From positions 186,001-250,000 of the forward strand of contig CBFDEM010000002.1 in assembly GCA_965603825.1 (NCBI GenBank): DNA of 64,000 bases, in the 5' to 3' direction. How positions within the stretch are numbered: the stretch's first letter is position 1; each line of letters opens with the position of its first letter. The notes beneath the pieces are model-generated. The model made no database searches. It worked only from the letters and a program-made list of their open reading frames with translations, and was not told the DNA's origin. Source of the stretch: Blepharisma stoltei ATCC 30299. Its lineage: Eukaryota > Protista > Ciliophora. The translations under genes were made by a program, and so were the position numbers. Below are positions 48,304 through 58,930 of the stretch, one piece after another.

Positions 48304-49377
48304 TTAGTTATCAGCCTCTGGAAAAGATGTATATAAATTGATTCCACAAACTCCAGCCCCGTCTTTCATAGCGATTCTCATATAACCGCTTTCACCCCAA
48401 TCTTTGCCCCATGAGTTCTTGACGATCCAGTAATTAGGCTTTTTGACACTATTGTACCCAACAATCAGGACATTGTGATCTGGTTTGGTCCCACAGTTGT
48501 TAGTTATTATTCCTCCATGGTAAAAAACCCACGTCGCTTGGTCAGCTTGGACTCCAACAGTAACTGGTTGCTGGGCAACAGTAGTCATTAAAGCTGCAGA
48601 GGTAGTATTAGTCATTTCACTGTATCCTTGGATTTCTGCCACTATTTTAGTCACATCTCCTCCATTGCAAGTGCCTGTTTTAGCTGTGAATGGGTAAACG
48701 GCATCAGAAGTGACTCCTTTGTCAGTAACATACTCATAGACTCCTAAAACATTGCCAAAATCGCAGCCATGATTGCCATATGTCCCAGAACAATCAATAA
48801 TTTCTTGAACAGAAAGAGGGACTAAAGGATTTCCTGTGATATTCCAAATCCCTTCTATTGCACCTATAGCAGCAAATGCATATGACCCTCCAAGACAAAC
48901 TCCTTGATCTAATACTGGAGTAACGGCTCCTTTGGTTCTCCAATCAACTGTTGCAGGGGTCCCTTGAACTGGATTTTCAATTTCTTTAATTTCCTGAGGC
49001 TTTATTTCAGGAAACTTGCTAGTCAGGTATTTTTCTTTGAATTCTTGAAATGTTATATCAGCGAATTGGTTGATCCCAAGTACCCAATCTTGATTTTGCA
49101 AGTTATGGACTCTTATAAAAGCTGCATTGTCTCTAAAAATATTTAATCGTTTTAGATACTCTTCTCCTTGATAACTTTTGTGATAAGTCTGGAGAAAGTC
49201 TTGGAACTCAGATTCCTCAAGCTCTATTTGCTTAAGAAATACACTTGAGACTGAAGAGTTTGAAGAGATTGCAATAGCAGCAATAACTCCAACTAACCCC
49301 AGCATGCTTATGACTGCAATAACTCGTTTAGTAGTCCATGGATTTGCCTGAATCTTTGATGAAAGGAGATTATCCAT
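48304..49377 (-). CDS. Papain-family (cathepsin L-like) protein with catalytic Cys replaced by Ser
   Basis: N-terminal hydrophobic anchor, I29 prodomain (ERFNIN-like, GINQFAD), VDWR, QGVCLGGSYAF in place of QG.CGSCWAF, DHNVLIVGY, KNSWG. Confidence 0.93.
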   Translation of the reverse strand: MDNLLSSKIQANPWTTKRVIAVISMLGLVGVIAAIAISSNSSVSSVFLKQIELEESEFQDFLQTYHKSYQGEEYLKRLNIFRDNAAFIRVHNLQNQDWVLGINQFADITFQEFKEKYLTSKFPEIKPQEIKEIENPVQGTPATVDWRTKGAVTPVLDQGVCLGGSYAFAAIGAIEGIWNITGNPLVPLSVQEIIDCSGTYGNHGCDFGNVLGVYEYVTDKGVTSDAVYPFTAKTGTCNGGDVTKIVAEIQGYSEMTNTTSAALMTTVAQQPVTVGVQADQATWVFYHGGIITNNCGTKPDHNVLIVGYNSVKKPNYWIVKNSWGKDWGESGYMRIAMKDGAGVCGINLYTSFPEADN

Positions 49378-49461
49378 TTATAAAGTTCACCAACTATGGT
49401 AAAGGGCTTTAGAATTTAGAATTCTTCAAGTAATGCATATAAGAATTATTATCATCAAAAT

Positions 49462-50163
49462 ATGGTTGAGTAAGACTAATGCAGAAAAAGTGAGATTCTC
49501 AGGCTTTCTCCATCTGATTTTATTAATTTTTCTGTCACAGAGAGTCCCGAATCAATTTCACAATTAGCTCTAACAAACCTGAGTCAAAGTTCAGTTGCAT
49601 TCAAAGTAAAAACATCGTCTCATAAAAGCTTTTTAGTATCTCCTACACATGGAATTCTGCCTCCACAAGGCCAAATTTCCTTGAACATCACATTTTTGAA
49701 ATCTGATGAAGCATTGCAGAAGCCCCACAAGTTCCTGATCCAAGCTTTGAAAACTAATCAACTTGACTCTTCAAAAATCAACTGAAGCGACCCAGGGTTG
49801 GAAGAGCATAAAATAAGCGCAAAAATATTGCAACAGAGAGATTCGGTGTATCAGGAATCAGAAGAGTTCAAGAGTTTTAGGGATAGCGTGAATGTTGAGG
49901 CTGCGCAAGATTTATATAAAGATGAAATGCAAGAATTGGAGATAAAGAAAAAGAAATTGACGACTAGAAGCAGCGAGCTGACGTTAGCGATTGATAGGCT
50001 TAAAGCGGAGATTGATAAGGCAACTCATAAACTCAGGTTTAGCCATGATATAGAAATGATGTTAAGCTCAGATAAAGGTGGGAATTTTACGTTTATGCAT
50101 CTGATCATTGCGTTCATTATTGGATTTTTTATTGGATATTTATTTCTCAATGCAATCATATAA
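49462..50163 (+). CDS. VAP/Scs2-like MSP-domain tail-anchored protein; exons 49462-49469, 49485-50163
   Basis: LTN...VAFKVKTS...VSPTHGIL.P, HKFLIQ; coiled coil; C-terminal TM IIAFIIGFFIGYLFL. Confidence 0.88.
49470..49484 (+). other. 15-nt intron
   Basis: gtaagactaatgcag; links ATG 49462 to the MSP frame. Confidence 0.85.
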
Positions 50164-50414
50164 AAATCATTAAATAGAGCTAGTTTCTTAACTTATACAT
50201 CTTTTGGTTGAATTAATAAAAAATTCTTATTGATAAACAATTTATGTAAGTGATCACTCGATTCTCTGGGGGAAAAATAGTAGTATTCTTTTCATAAAGA
50301 GAAGTGCAAAATTACAAACTTAAAATATGTGTGGTGTTAGCATTTAAATTAAAATATAAGTATTCTAACATATTTGGATTAATTTATATGTGCTGCTATT
50401 TAACACAAACTAAA

Positions 50415-51776
50415 TTAATTAAGTGGTTTTTTATTATTTTCTGATTTTTCTGGACCTTCAATAATCTCTCCAGGCCTATTCAATGCATTCTCAATCTTCT
50501 TAAGTACTCTTTTGATCCTATCTTGCTCATCATAAAACAGATTTTCTTCAACTACCTCAGTCAGCTTTTCTCTAATATGATTCCTCTGGCTCTCGCTCAT
50601 TTGTTCCACACTCGTATTTTCTGCCAATTCCAACAATTCCAGAATTTTTCGTTTATCATAATGCAATATTCTTTCCATCGTTTCTTGATATGCAGCATTA
50701 ATAGAGTCTTCTATCTCTTCAGGCTTTTCTTCTTCAAAGAATTCTCCAATATCATACCCATCTTCTAAATATTTTAAGGCTACAGAAAATACCAAAATTT
50801 CACTTTTTACTGGACCTTTTGTGAGTGGGTAAGCGGAATAATAAATTCATTCTTTTAGGCAATTTCTCATGTCGGTGTCTGAGAGAAACTCAGTATCAAT
50901 CCCGCGCTCTTGGCAGCAAGCAATAAGTAAGGGGTATTCAATGAAATCAATATCTTCTGCTAAAAGGAGCATATCTTCTCCTCGCTTTTGTGATAAATAA
51001 TTTCTAAGCTGATACATAACTATGTTCCTTTGGATTTGGTTAAAAGGAAAAGTGGTAGGGTTTCAAGTGCTTGGAATTTCAAGGCCTATATAACTGAATA
51101 ACTTTGATAAAGGGAATAAAACTAGTTTACTAATAGACTTAAATCCAGTCCAAGGCTCCATTCCGAGGAACCGGCAAACAGATTTTAGCTCTTCTGCATT
51201 CATATTTCCAAAGTTAAAATCCTTCAAAAATAATTGGTGATTCATAACTAAATCTTCAATTTTCATAGAATTCGGCCTATAAATAAGCTTTTCCTTAAAC
51301 GTTTTATACTTCAAGTCTTTGATTTCTTTGCTTTTTTCGATCAAATATCTATGAAGTTTATTTGCATAAACTTTTCGTTTTGCTATAATATTTTTTCAAT
51401 GCTCATCTTCTTTGGTTTTGCTTAAAAAGGGCGAGGGGATCATATTTGGGAAAATAAATAAGAAAAAGGGCAAAGTCAGCTCAGCACCAGGGATAATAAT
51501 GAAAAAGCTGAAAGGGATCATCTTTAATAGGTCTGGTGTGACCCTTGATATGATTCTTGAATCATGAATGGTCCAGGTATCTTCATAGAATGTTAGGCGG
51601 TATTTTGTTTTTATCATATATTTGCCGTCATGATATAAAAGTTTGCAGCCTTGCCAAACCTTTTTTGACTCATGCTTAATATATCCAGCTCATTTTCGAG
51701 GATTTCATCAATTTTCCGAAAAATTTCTTTTAAATCGGAAATTCGACTTTAAAATTATGGTTTGGACTTTATTCAT
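50415..51776 (-). CDS. LETM1: LETM1/Mdm38-like mitochondrial protein
   Basis: IKHE..KVWQGCKLL, DLLKMIPFSFFIIIPGAELTLP...FPNMIPS, CQERG; joined via TGA including a TGA-TGA pair. Confidence 0.9.
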
Positions 51777-51959
51777 GATTAGTATTATTAAAGAAATATC
51801 AAGTAAAATTACATAAAATTTTATTTTGGCTTTATATCTTGATCAACTTGAGCATGATCTGGCCAGAAATAAATTGTAATGATGGCATTTTATTATTATA
51901 ATTTCCTAGTATATTCATTAATCTTAGCGACTTTTGCATTGCCATCTACTGTTTTAAGA

Positions 51960-52630
51960 GCTTAATTATTAGCTTCTTCATTTATTAGTCTTTTTTTATT
52001 TTCTAATGACGAGAGCTGTAAATTCTCTTGGACTTTTAGAGGATTCTGGTGTATTATTTCACACATTCATTCCAAAAAGATAGGCTGCATAGGCATTCAA
52101 TAAAACACACAAGTATCATATAGAGAATATTGGCATTAAGAAAAGAATGAGTTTGAGAATAGTTTCCTTGTTCAGAAGCATACCGATTTATGGAGATTTT
52201 ACAGGGTTCATCAAAAAAGAGTTAATCAGCAAAGGATTATGGGGGCTTTCTTAGGGACTAAGAGGTGGCCTTTCTTCTGATAGCTTGGCAGGATGAGGGT
52301 CCGAACCTCTAGAGGCAGGAGAACTTCAAGGATCTTCTGGATTAGGCTCAGTCGTGTTGCCAACACTCATTCTTTCCAAGTGCTTATCGCTGATTTTGCA
52401 TTAATTGGATGCTTCTATCTGCATCTCTAATCCCAAATGTCTTTTTCAGCAGCTCTCTTAGTCGAGGATTTGAAAAGTAACTTGATTCATTATTGAGCCA
52501 CATAATAAGCTACCTCTTCTTCTCCTGGTGAGATATGCTGTAGAGAAAATGCTGAGATCTTTGCTTGCTTTCTTATCTATACTAGCCTTTCACAAGATAA
52601 ATCATCTGAGAAGGTCTTAACAATGTCTCA
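51960..52630 (-). pseudogene. Possible degenerate membrane-protein pseudogene
   Basis: GC-elevated; broken frame ...SP*ESPHNPLL...SP*IGMLLNKETILKLILFLMPIFSIWYLCVLLNAYAAYLFG; stops in the frames read. Confidence 0.3.
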
Positions 52631-52851
52631 ATTTATCACGATTTTTTAATAATTTTCCTTTTTTATTTATATCTTTGTAAATTAATTATAGAAGAAGCTC
52701 CAAATTATAGATGATTCCCGCGTTTTGCTTTTATGTTTACAATGGTTCTTAGGAATAATATATCTGAAACTCATCTATAGTGTCTGTAAGTTATTTTTTT
52801 CACATCTAAATCAATATTTCAACTTTTTAAAGGAGACTTAATAATGGTAAA

Positions 52852-53307
52852 ATGTCAACACAAGCTTCTAAATTTTGCAATGAGGAATCCTTGCCAAATT
52901 TCCATCACATTCATCCACTAAGCATCGTAGATGAAGAAATGCAGCAAGGCTTGCATTTAGATGAGAAAAAGGATGAAAAACAGCCAAATACTTGCTATAA
53001 GCAACCCAAAGGTGAAGATATATCAAATGAGGCAGAAATATCAACCGCTACTGACGCATCGTCAAAAACACTTAAAGAGCAGTCAGGTACAGTAAAATTT
53101 CTAGGTCTATTTGAAAAGGATATAAGTTCAAGCATTAAAAGCTTTACAGCACCAGAAGATGATGAGTATTATAAGAATACAAGCTTTATAATAAACAATA
53201 TCTCTCTTAATGAGAGCTCTCGATCCTCAATGCTCAGCGAATACGACTATAAGAAAACAGCAAATGGGGGAGGTAGGTCACAATGTTCAGGCTGCATAAT
53301 AATTTAA
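52852..53307 (+). CDS. Small disordered protein with C-terminal CaaX-like motif (CSGCIII)
   Basis: 151-aa hydrophilic ORF ending QCSGCIII. Confidence 0.75.
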   Translation: MSTQASKFCNEESLPNFHHIHPLSIVDEEMQQGLHLDEKKDEKQPNTCYKQPKGEDISNEAEISTATDASSKTLKEQSGTVKFLGLFEKDISSSIKSFTAPEDDEYYKNTSFIINNISLNESSRSSMLSEYDYKKTANGGGRSQCSGCIII

Positions 53308-53546
53308 ATCATACGAACAAGCATGGTGAGGCCTTAATTAAGGAATAGTAATATTAGGCACTTCATTATTTTCTTTTGAAAAAAATAGAATCAGCCTAAC
53401 TAACTAGCTAATTCATTTCAAAAACTCTTTAATTATTTTTATAAATAAATAATAGAAAATTTAAAAATTTATTTTAATTTTATTATCTTTTATACTATGT
53501 CTTTATCCGATCACTTCTGATTAGATAACACTCCAAATAATAAATA

Positions 53547-54155
53547 ATGGAAAGAAGCTCTTCTCAATACGATTACCTTATAAAGCTCTTAGTTATAGGA
53601 GACTCAGGAGTTGGCAAAACCTGCTTTCTGCTCCGATTTTCTGACGACAATTTCACTTCATCACATTTGACTACAATTGGCATAGATTTCAAACTAAAAA
53701 CAGTCGATGTTGAAGGTAGCAAAATAAAGCTACAAATTTGGGATACAGCAGGGCAAGAGCGGTTTAGAACCATAACTCAGTCTTACTATAAAGGAGCAAT
53801 GGGGATTATCTTGATATATGATTGCACAGATGAAAACTCCTTTAACAATATCCGCAACTGGATGCAGCAAATAAAGACCCATTCTAGTGAAAACGTGGTA
53901 AAGATACTTGTTGGAAATAAATGCGATAAGCCAGACAAAAAGGTCAGCACTGAGCAAGGGGAAGCACTGGCAAAGGAGCTTGGAGTTAAATTTTTTGAAG
54001 CTAGCGCCAAAAGCAATGTTAATGTAACTGAAGCTTTCTATCATGCTGCTAAAGAAATAAAGGATAAAGGGTTTGGGCGAGATTTAGGAGCAGTAAGATT
54101 TGTCCCTGCTAAGAAACCAGCTTGTGATAACTCTAAAAAAGCTTGCTGTGGCTAA
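53547..54155 (+). CDS. RAB8: Rab8/Sec4-like small GTPase
   Basis: [37 protein letters not shown], terminal CCG. Confidence 0.93.
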   Translation: MERSSSQYDYLIKLLVIGDSGVGKTCFLLRFSDDNFTSSHLTTIGIDFKLKTVDVEGSKIKLQIWDTAGQERFRTITQSYYKGAMGIILIYDCTDENSFNNIRNWMQQIKTHSSENVVKILVGNKCDKPDKKVSTEQGEALAKELGVKFFEASAKSNVNVTEAFYHAAKEIKDKGFGRDLGAVRFVPAKKPACDNSKKACCG

Positions 54156-54371
54156 TTAAGATATTTATACGATTTAAATATTATAGCTATGGCTATACTA
54201 TAAATATCATCTGCATTTTTAGCCTGAGGAATATCAAGTCATTTCTCAATAGCTAAATGCAAAAATCAATAGGTGGCCAACAACAAGAATTTGAGATTGA
54301 CTCTTGTCCAAATCACCTGATATAAAGCAAACAAAGAATAAGTTTCTATTTATAATTAAATTAACTAAGAG

Positions 54372-56291
54372 ATGAGTGTGGACAATTTTGATAATTTTTT
54401 GATCGAAAGCAGGTCCAGTGACGGAAAAGAATCACTACTTAGAAAATGCAAAGATACCATTGAAGTCTTAGAAAGCGAACTCGACCAAGAAAGAGCTGGT
54501 AGACAAGATCTTGAAAGACAAAATAGAGAGTTATTGAGAAACATTGAGGTTTTCAAAGGAGAAGTAGATGACCTCGAAGCTGTAAACAATGCCCTTAAAT
54601 TTGAAAATCAAGAGCACCAAGACACCATTGGGTTCTTGCAGACAAAAATCTTTAAACTTACAGATGAGCTTGAAAAAACTAAAGCTTCATTAGAAAAAGA
54701 AAAAAAAGCCAGCAAGGATCTCACATCTGATAATTTAAAGCTGCAAGAACTAAACGATGAGCTTAAAGAAGAAATAACCCGCCAGCACACAATTATTGAA
54801 GAATGAAATGAAGCTGTAATTGCAGTAGACACCAAACTGAAAACTATTTCTGAAGAAAACAGAAGTCTAAAACTTTCAATAGACAGCTATATTTCAGCCA
54901 ATGAAGACCTGCAGAACAGAAACGAAAATTTAAACAGAAATCTAATAGAATCCCACCAAGAAAACGAAAGCTTAAAACATCAGTTGTCTGACTCAAAAAC
55001 AGAAAGGGAAGATTTAATCGAAAAATTAAGAAGAGCGATTTTCAGTAATCAAGAACAAGCTTCTTTTCTAGACAAAAGTTCTCAAATTGCATCACAAAAG
55101 CTGCAGGATGTTAAAGAGAAGCTAGAAAATGAGAGGAAAAGAGGAAAAGAGACTGAAAATGAAAGAGATGAACTATATGCAAAAGCGCAAGCTTTGGAGG
55201 AGAGGTTCGAAACCATGAAAATTCAGTATGAAGAAAGGCTGCTTGACCAAAAAGAGGTTCAGTCAAAGCTGGAGCTTGAGGTGAATAATTTGAAGCTTCT
55301 GATGGATAGCTTACAGAGTAAATATATAGCTGATGATACCAAAAAAGAGCATAGGATTGAAGCTCTTGATGCAGAATTAAATGAAATCAGGCAGGAGCTG
55401 GAAAATCTCATTCAAGTCCATAAAGAGCTTCAAGCTCAGTATCAGGATTTAAACTCTCAATATCAAAGAGCTAAAGAGTTTCTTAATAATAAGCAAGAAG
55501 AAATCCTATCAAAAAACCAGGAAATCTATAAAATGGAAGAAAAATCAAGGCTTTCTGAAGAAAATTATATGAAAGATAAAAAAAATTTACAAGATCAGTT
55601 AGAAAGTATAAGAAAGCAGTATAGCCAAGAAATGATAAATAGGGAAAAGGAATATTATGATAAAATAGAAGAAATATCAAAAGAATACCGCCACGAAGTT
55701 GAGAAGCAGACAGCTACGGCTGAATTTGAAATAGAGAAAATCAAAACAGAAGTACAAAAATCAAAGGAACATTTTAATCAAATGCTTAATTATAAAGAAG
55801 AGGAAATAGATGCTTTAAATGACGACAGACAAAAGCTGCAGTCCATGATCACTGAGATGGAAAGCAAAATTTTTGAGCTCAGCACAAGTTTAGACCAAAC
55901 AGTCACTGAATCAAAGAGAATGAGCAGCGAGCTATCTAGATTAAAAGAAAATGGTATAGAAGCAAGTATTAGATTTGATCAAGAAACAGCGAAACTTAAG
56001 GATGAGGTTGCCATTCTTAATGATAGACTTAGAGAAGAAAGTGAATATTATAAACAAATTATTGAAAGGAGAGAAACAGAAATTATCCAAATCAAAGACA
56101 GATTTGAAGACAGATTAAAGAAAAGGGTCATGATTTTCCAAGAAAAAACTAGCACTTGGAAAGAAAAAATCAGACAAGAAATCGATTTTCTTCACAAATA
56201 CATGATAGATCTCAGCAGCCCTTCTCAAAAAGATAAAACTTTTGGCCTTCTTGAAAGACTCGAAAAAATAGTTAGTTCGATGATTAATTAA
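54372..56291 (+). CDS. Long coiled-coil protein (about 639 aa)
   Basis: ORFs 54372 and 54984 joined through TGA 54804; heptad-rich throughout. Confidence 0.85.
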
Positions 56292-56346
56292 TCTAAAATT
56301 CCAATATTTCTTAAAAATTCCCAAACTTAACTGAATTAAAATTCAT

Positions 56347-56697
56347 TTAGTTAGCTATAGCTGGTCTATATGGATAAATGAATACTCTGACAAGCTTTCC
56401 AATCGCTTGTGAAGGAAGATTATGGGCAAACCTTGCTCTAACAACTCCATTAGTTCCATGGGCCGCAATAACTTTTCCTTGAATGCTTCTGTATTTGGTT
56501 TGTTTGTTCTTTTTGGTTTGTGCAGTGCGAGCTCTATAAACGTAGGCGACTCTCTTTCCAATGTACCATTTGGCGTCTTCTTTTGTCTTTACACCTTCCA
56601 CTCTTAGTAATGATTGATTCTCGTTTTGGAGGGTAATTCCTCTTCTATATCCGAGAAATACAGCCCTGCTATAGAGACGATCAAGGTTCTTTACCAT
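56347..56697 (-). CDS. RPL35A: 60S ribosomal protein L35a (eL33)
   Basis: RLY...FLGYRRG...YIGKRVAYVYRA...HGTNGVVRARF..NLP; start at ATG 56697. Confidence 0.95.
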   Translation of the reverse strand: MVKNLDRLYSRAVFLGYRRGITLQNENQSLLRVEGVKTKEDAKWYIGKRVAYVYRARTAQTKKNKQTKYRSIQGKVIAAHGTNGVVRARFAHNLPSQAIGKLVRVFIYPYRPAIAN

Positions 56698-56725
56698 ATT
56701 TATGACCATATGAGTGGTATAAAAT

Positions 56726-57244
56726 ATGCCACCAAAGGTAGACGCTACGTCCACAGAAGCAAGATACGGTAAGAACTAGTTAGTCTTTCTCAAATCTGTT
56801 GGTGGTGAAGTCGGAGCTGCAGCATCTCTCGCCCCTAAAGTAGGGCCTCTTGGTCTTTCCCCAAAGAAAATCGGTGATGATATCAAGGCTGCAACTGAAG
56901 CTTGGAAAGGAATCAAGGTTATGGTCAAGCTTACCATTATTAATAGACAAGCCACCGTTGAAGTCGTCCCTTCTGCTTCCGCTTTGGTGATTAAAGAGCT
57001 TGCAGAACCTCCTAGAGATAGAAAAAAGACCAAAAACATCAAACACAATGGAAATCTCAGCTGGGACCAAATCAGAAATATCGCAAAAATCATGAGACCA
57101 AGAAGCGGGGCTAAGACCTTTGAAGGAACACTCAGAGAAATTGTAGGGACCTGCGTATCTGTCGGCTGCACAGTTGAGAAGAAGACTCCTAAAGAAATCA
57201 TTCAGATGATTGAAGGTGGAGAACTAAACGTTAGTGAGCCTTAA
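56726..57244 (+). CDS. RPL12: 60S ribosomal protein L12 (uL11); exons 56726-56768, 56784-57244
   Basis: MPPK...[29 protein letters not shown]...EPPRDRKK. Confidence 0.96.
56769..56783 (+). other. 15-nt intron
   Basis: gtaagaactagttag; removal restores the conserved uL11 N-terminus. Confidence 0.93.
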
Positions 57245-57274
57245 TTTATTTCGTTCTTATTATTTTTGTTTAAA

Positions 57275-57880
57275 ATGGAAAGGATTCCTCCTAAGCTCTT
57301 GCTCATCTTTAACTTAGAAGGAGCCTTGTGCAAGCGGATATATTCAGCCCCTGCAAGCATAACAAATACAGATCCAAGTCCAAAGCTGCTTTTAAGAAAT
57401 GATTTAGATGGGTTTTTGAGGTGAATGTTCATAAAAAACAAAATCTTTTTTAAAGTTGGTGTCTGGACTGATACCACCTCAGAAGCTACTGAAAGCCTCG
57501 TAGGGACTGTTTTTGGAAGATTTTCTGGAGGTCTGCTGTTCAAATATGCATCGCCAGCTGAGCAAGGACTAAAAGACTTGCAAAGAGTGTGGTACAACTA
57601 TCCGATGTTCAACGATACTACCACGGTCTATATAGACTATAAAGATTCCGTCGTCCAGAAAAAAAATCAATTACTTCTCAAAGAATTTGACGACGACAAA
57701 ACCTTATATATGCTTCAGGACTATTTTAGGTTCTTTTCTTATCAATATCATTTTAAGAAAATTCACTCACTTACAGATTTCATGATAAAAACTCCTTTTA
57801 TTATGTTTATGAACGAGTCTGACAAAAAAGCTCCAGAAAATTATACAGAAAATTCTAAATTTAGGAACTTTACTTTATAA
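57275..57880 (+). CDS. FCP1/NIF (HAD-like) domain protein with degenerate catalytic motif
   Basis: LLIFNLEGAL in place of LVLDLDGTL; VGVWT, KDLQRVW, TVYID, DKTL; one TGA. Confidence 0.72.
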
Positions 57881-57919
57881 TCTCTTTAGCTAATATTTAA
57901 ATGGACTGAAAATTTAACA

Positions 57920-58876
57920 ATGGAAAGAAGCAAGATTATGTTAAACCCAGAAGCTCGGATTCTTCAGCTGAATAAGACTGCTATGGGTTTATTAGGTAAT
58001 GATAAAAATGCTCTTAAATATTTACAAAAAGCAGAAAAAATTCTCCTTGATGGCGATGCTCCAGAAATTTTAAAAATGAGCAACAGACTGAGATTGATGG
58101 CAACTACTTATAATAATTATGGATGCTACTACAAAACAATGAAGCAGCCAAATGCAGCTTTGTATTATCTTAAAAAAACTCTAAAACTTGAAGCCCAAGC
58201 ATTTGCAGATCCTGTTGCTATAGCATCTACCCAGCTTAACATCTGTGCCATCTATTCTCAATTAGGAAAGCACGATATCGCTATAAGTTATGCAAAACAA
58301 TCATTGAATTTGCTTTCAAAATTTGAAGAGTCTGATGAAATTTTCCCTGAAAATTCTTATTCAACGCTCGCAGTTTGCTATTTTAATATAGGGGCTGAGC
58401 TTGAATTTATGAGGAGATTTGATGATGCTATAAAGTATTATCAGAGCGGCTATAGGATCGCAATTTCTCATCTTGGGGCTTCTCATGAGCTGACTAGGAG
58501 ATTATATTCTTCAATGAGTCAGTTAGGAGAAAAAAACGAAACTTTAATCAGATTGAAATCGCAGAGACAAGTCCAAAGATCGCTTGGAAGAATTTCTCAT
58601 ATCGAAATCAGGGCGAAGTCTGCAATAAAAGAGAGGATGGATACGACTATGAGTGTTGCTCCAAAAGAAAAAAGATTAAGAATACATACAGCTAACAGCA
58701 GGCCAAGATCAAAAAGCCACCCAAAAAGAAATTTAAATAAAAGCTGTAGCATTGACTCAAGAGCTTATACACTAGCAAGCACCCCCCATTTGGACTCAAA
58801 AACCCCTGAACTCGAGTATGAGAAATTAAAGCAATATCTCAACTCCTCAAAATATCTTAACAGCAGCATTGTATAA
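57920..58876 (+). CDS. TPR-repeat protein
   Basis: TYNNYGCYYK, STQLNICAIYSQLGKH, VCYFNIGAELEF. Confidence 0.88.
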   Translation: MERSKIMLNPEARILQLNKTAMGLLGNDKNALKYLQKAEKILLDGDAPEILKMSNRLRLMATTYNNYGCYYKTMKQPNAALYYLKKTLKLEAQAFADPVAIASTQLNICAIYSQLGKHDIAISYAKQSLNLLSKFEESDEIFPENSYSTLAVCYFNIGAELEFMRRFDDAIKYYQSGYRIAISHLGASHELTRRLYSSMSQLGEKNETLIRLKSQRQVQRSLGRISHIEIRAKSAIKERMDTTMSVAPKEKRLRIHTANSRPRSKSHPKRNLNKSCSIDSRAYTLASTPHLDSKTPELEYEKLKQYLNSSKYLNSSIV

Positions 58877-58930
58877 GTGTATATTTAATCACCATATTTT
58901 TAAATAAGTTTCAGTAGAACAAATAAACTA

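Noticed and set aside
56698-56754. Extended N-terminus of RPL35A from a GTG start
   Set aside because: It overlaps the RPL12 start on the other strand; conserved eL33 sequence begins at ATG 56697
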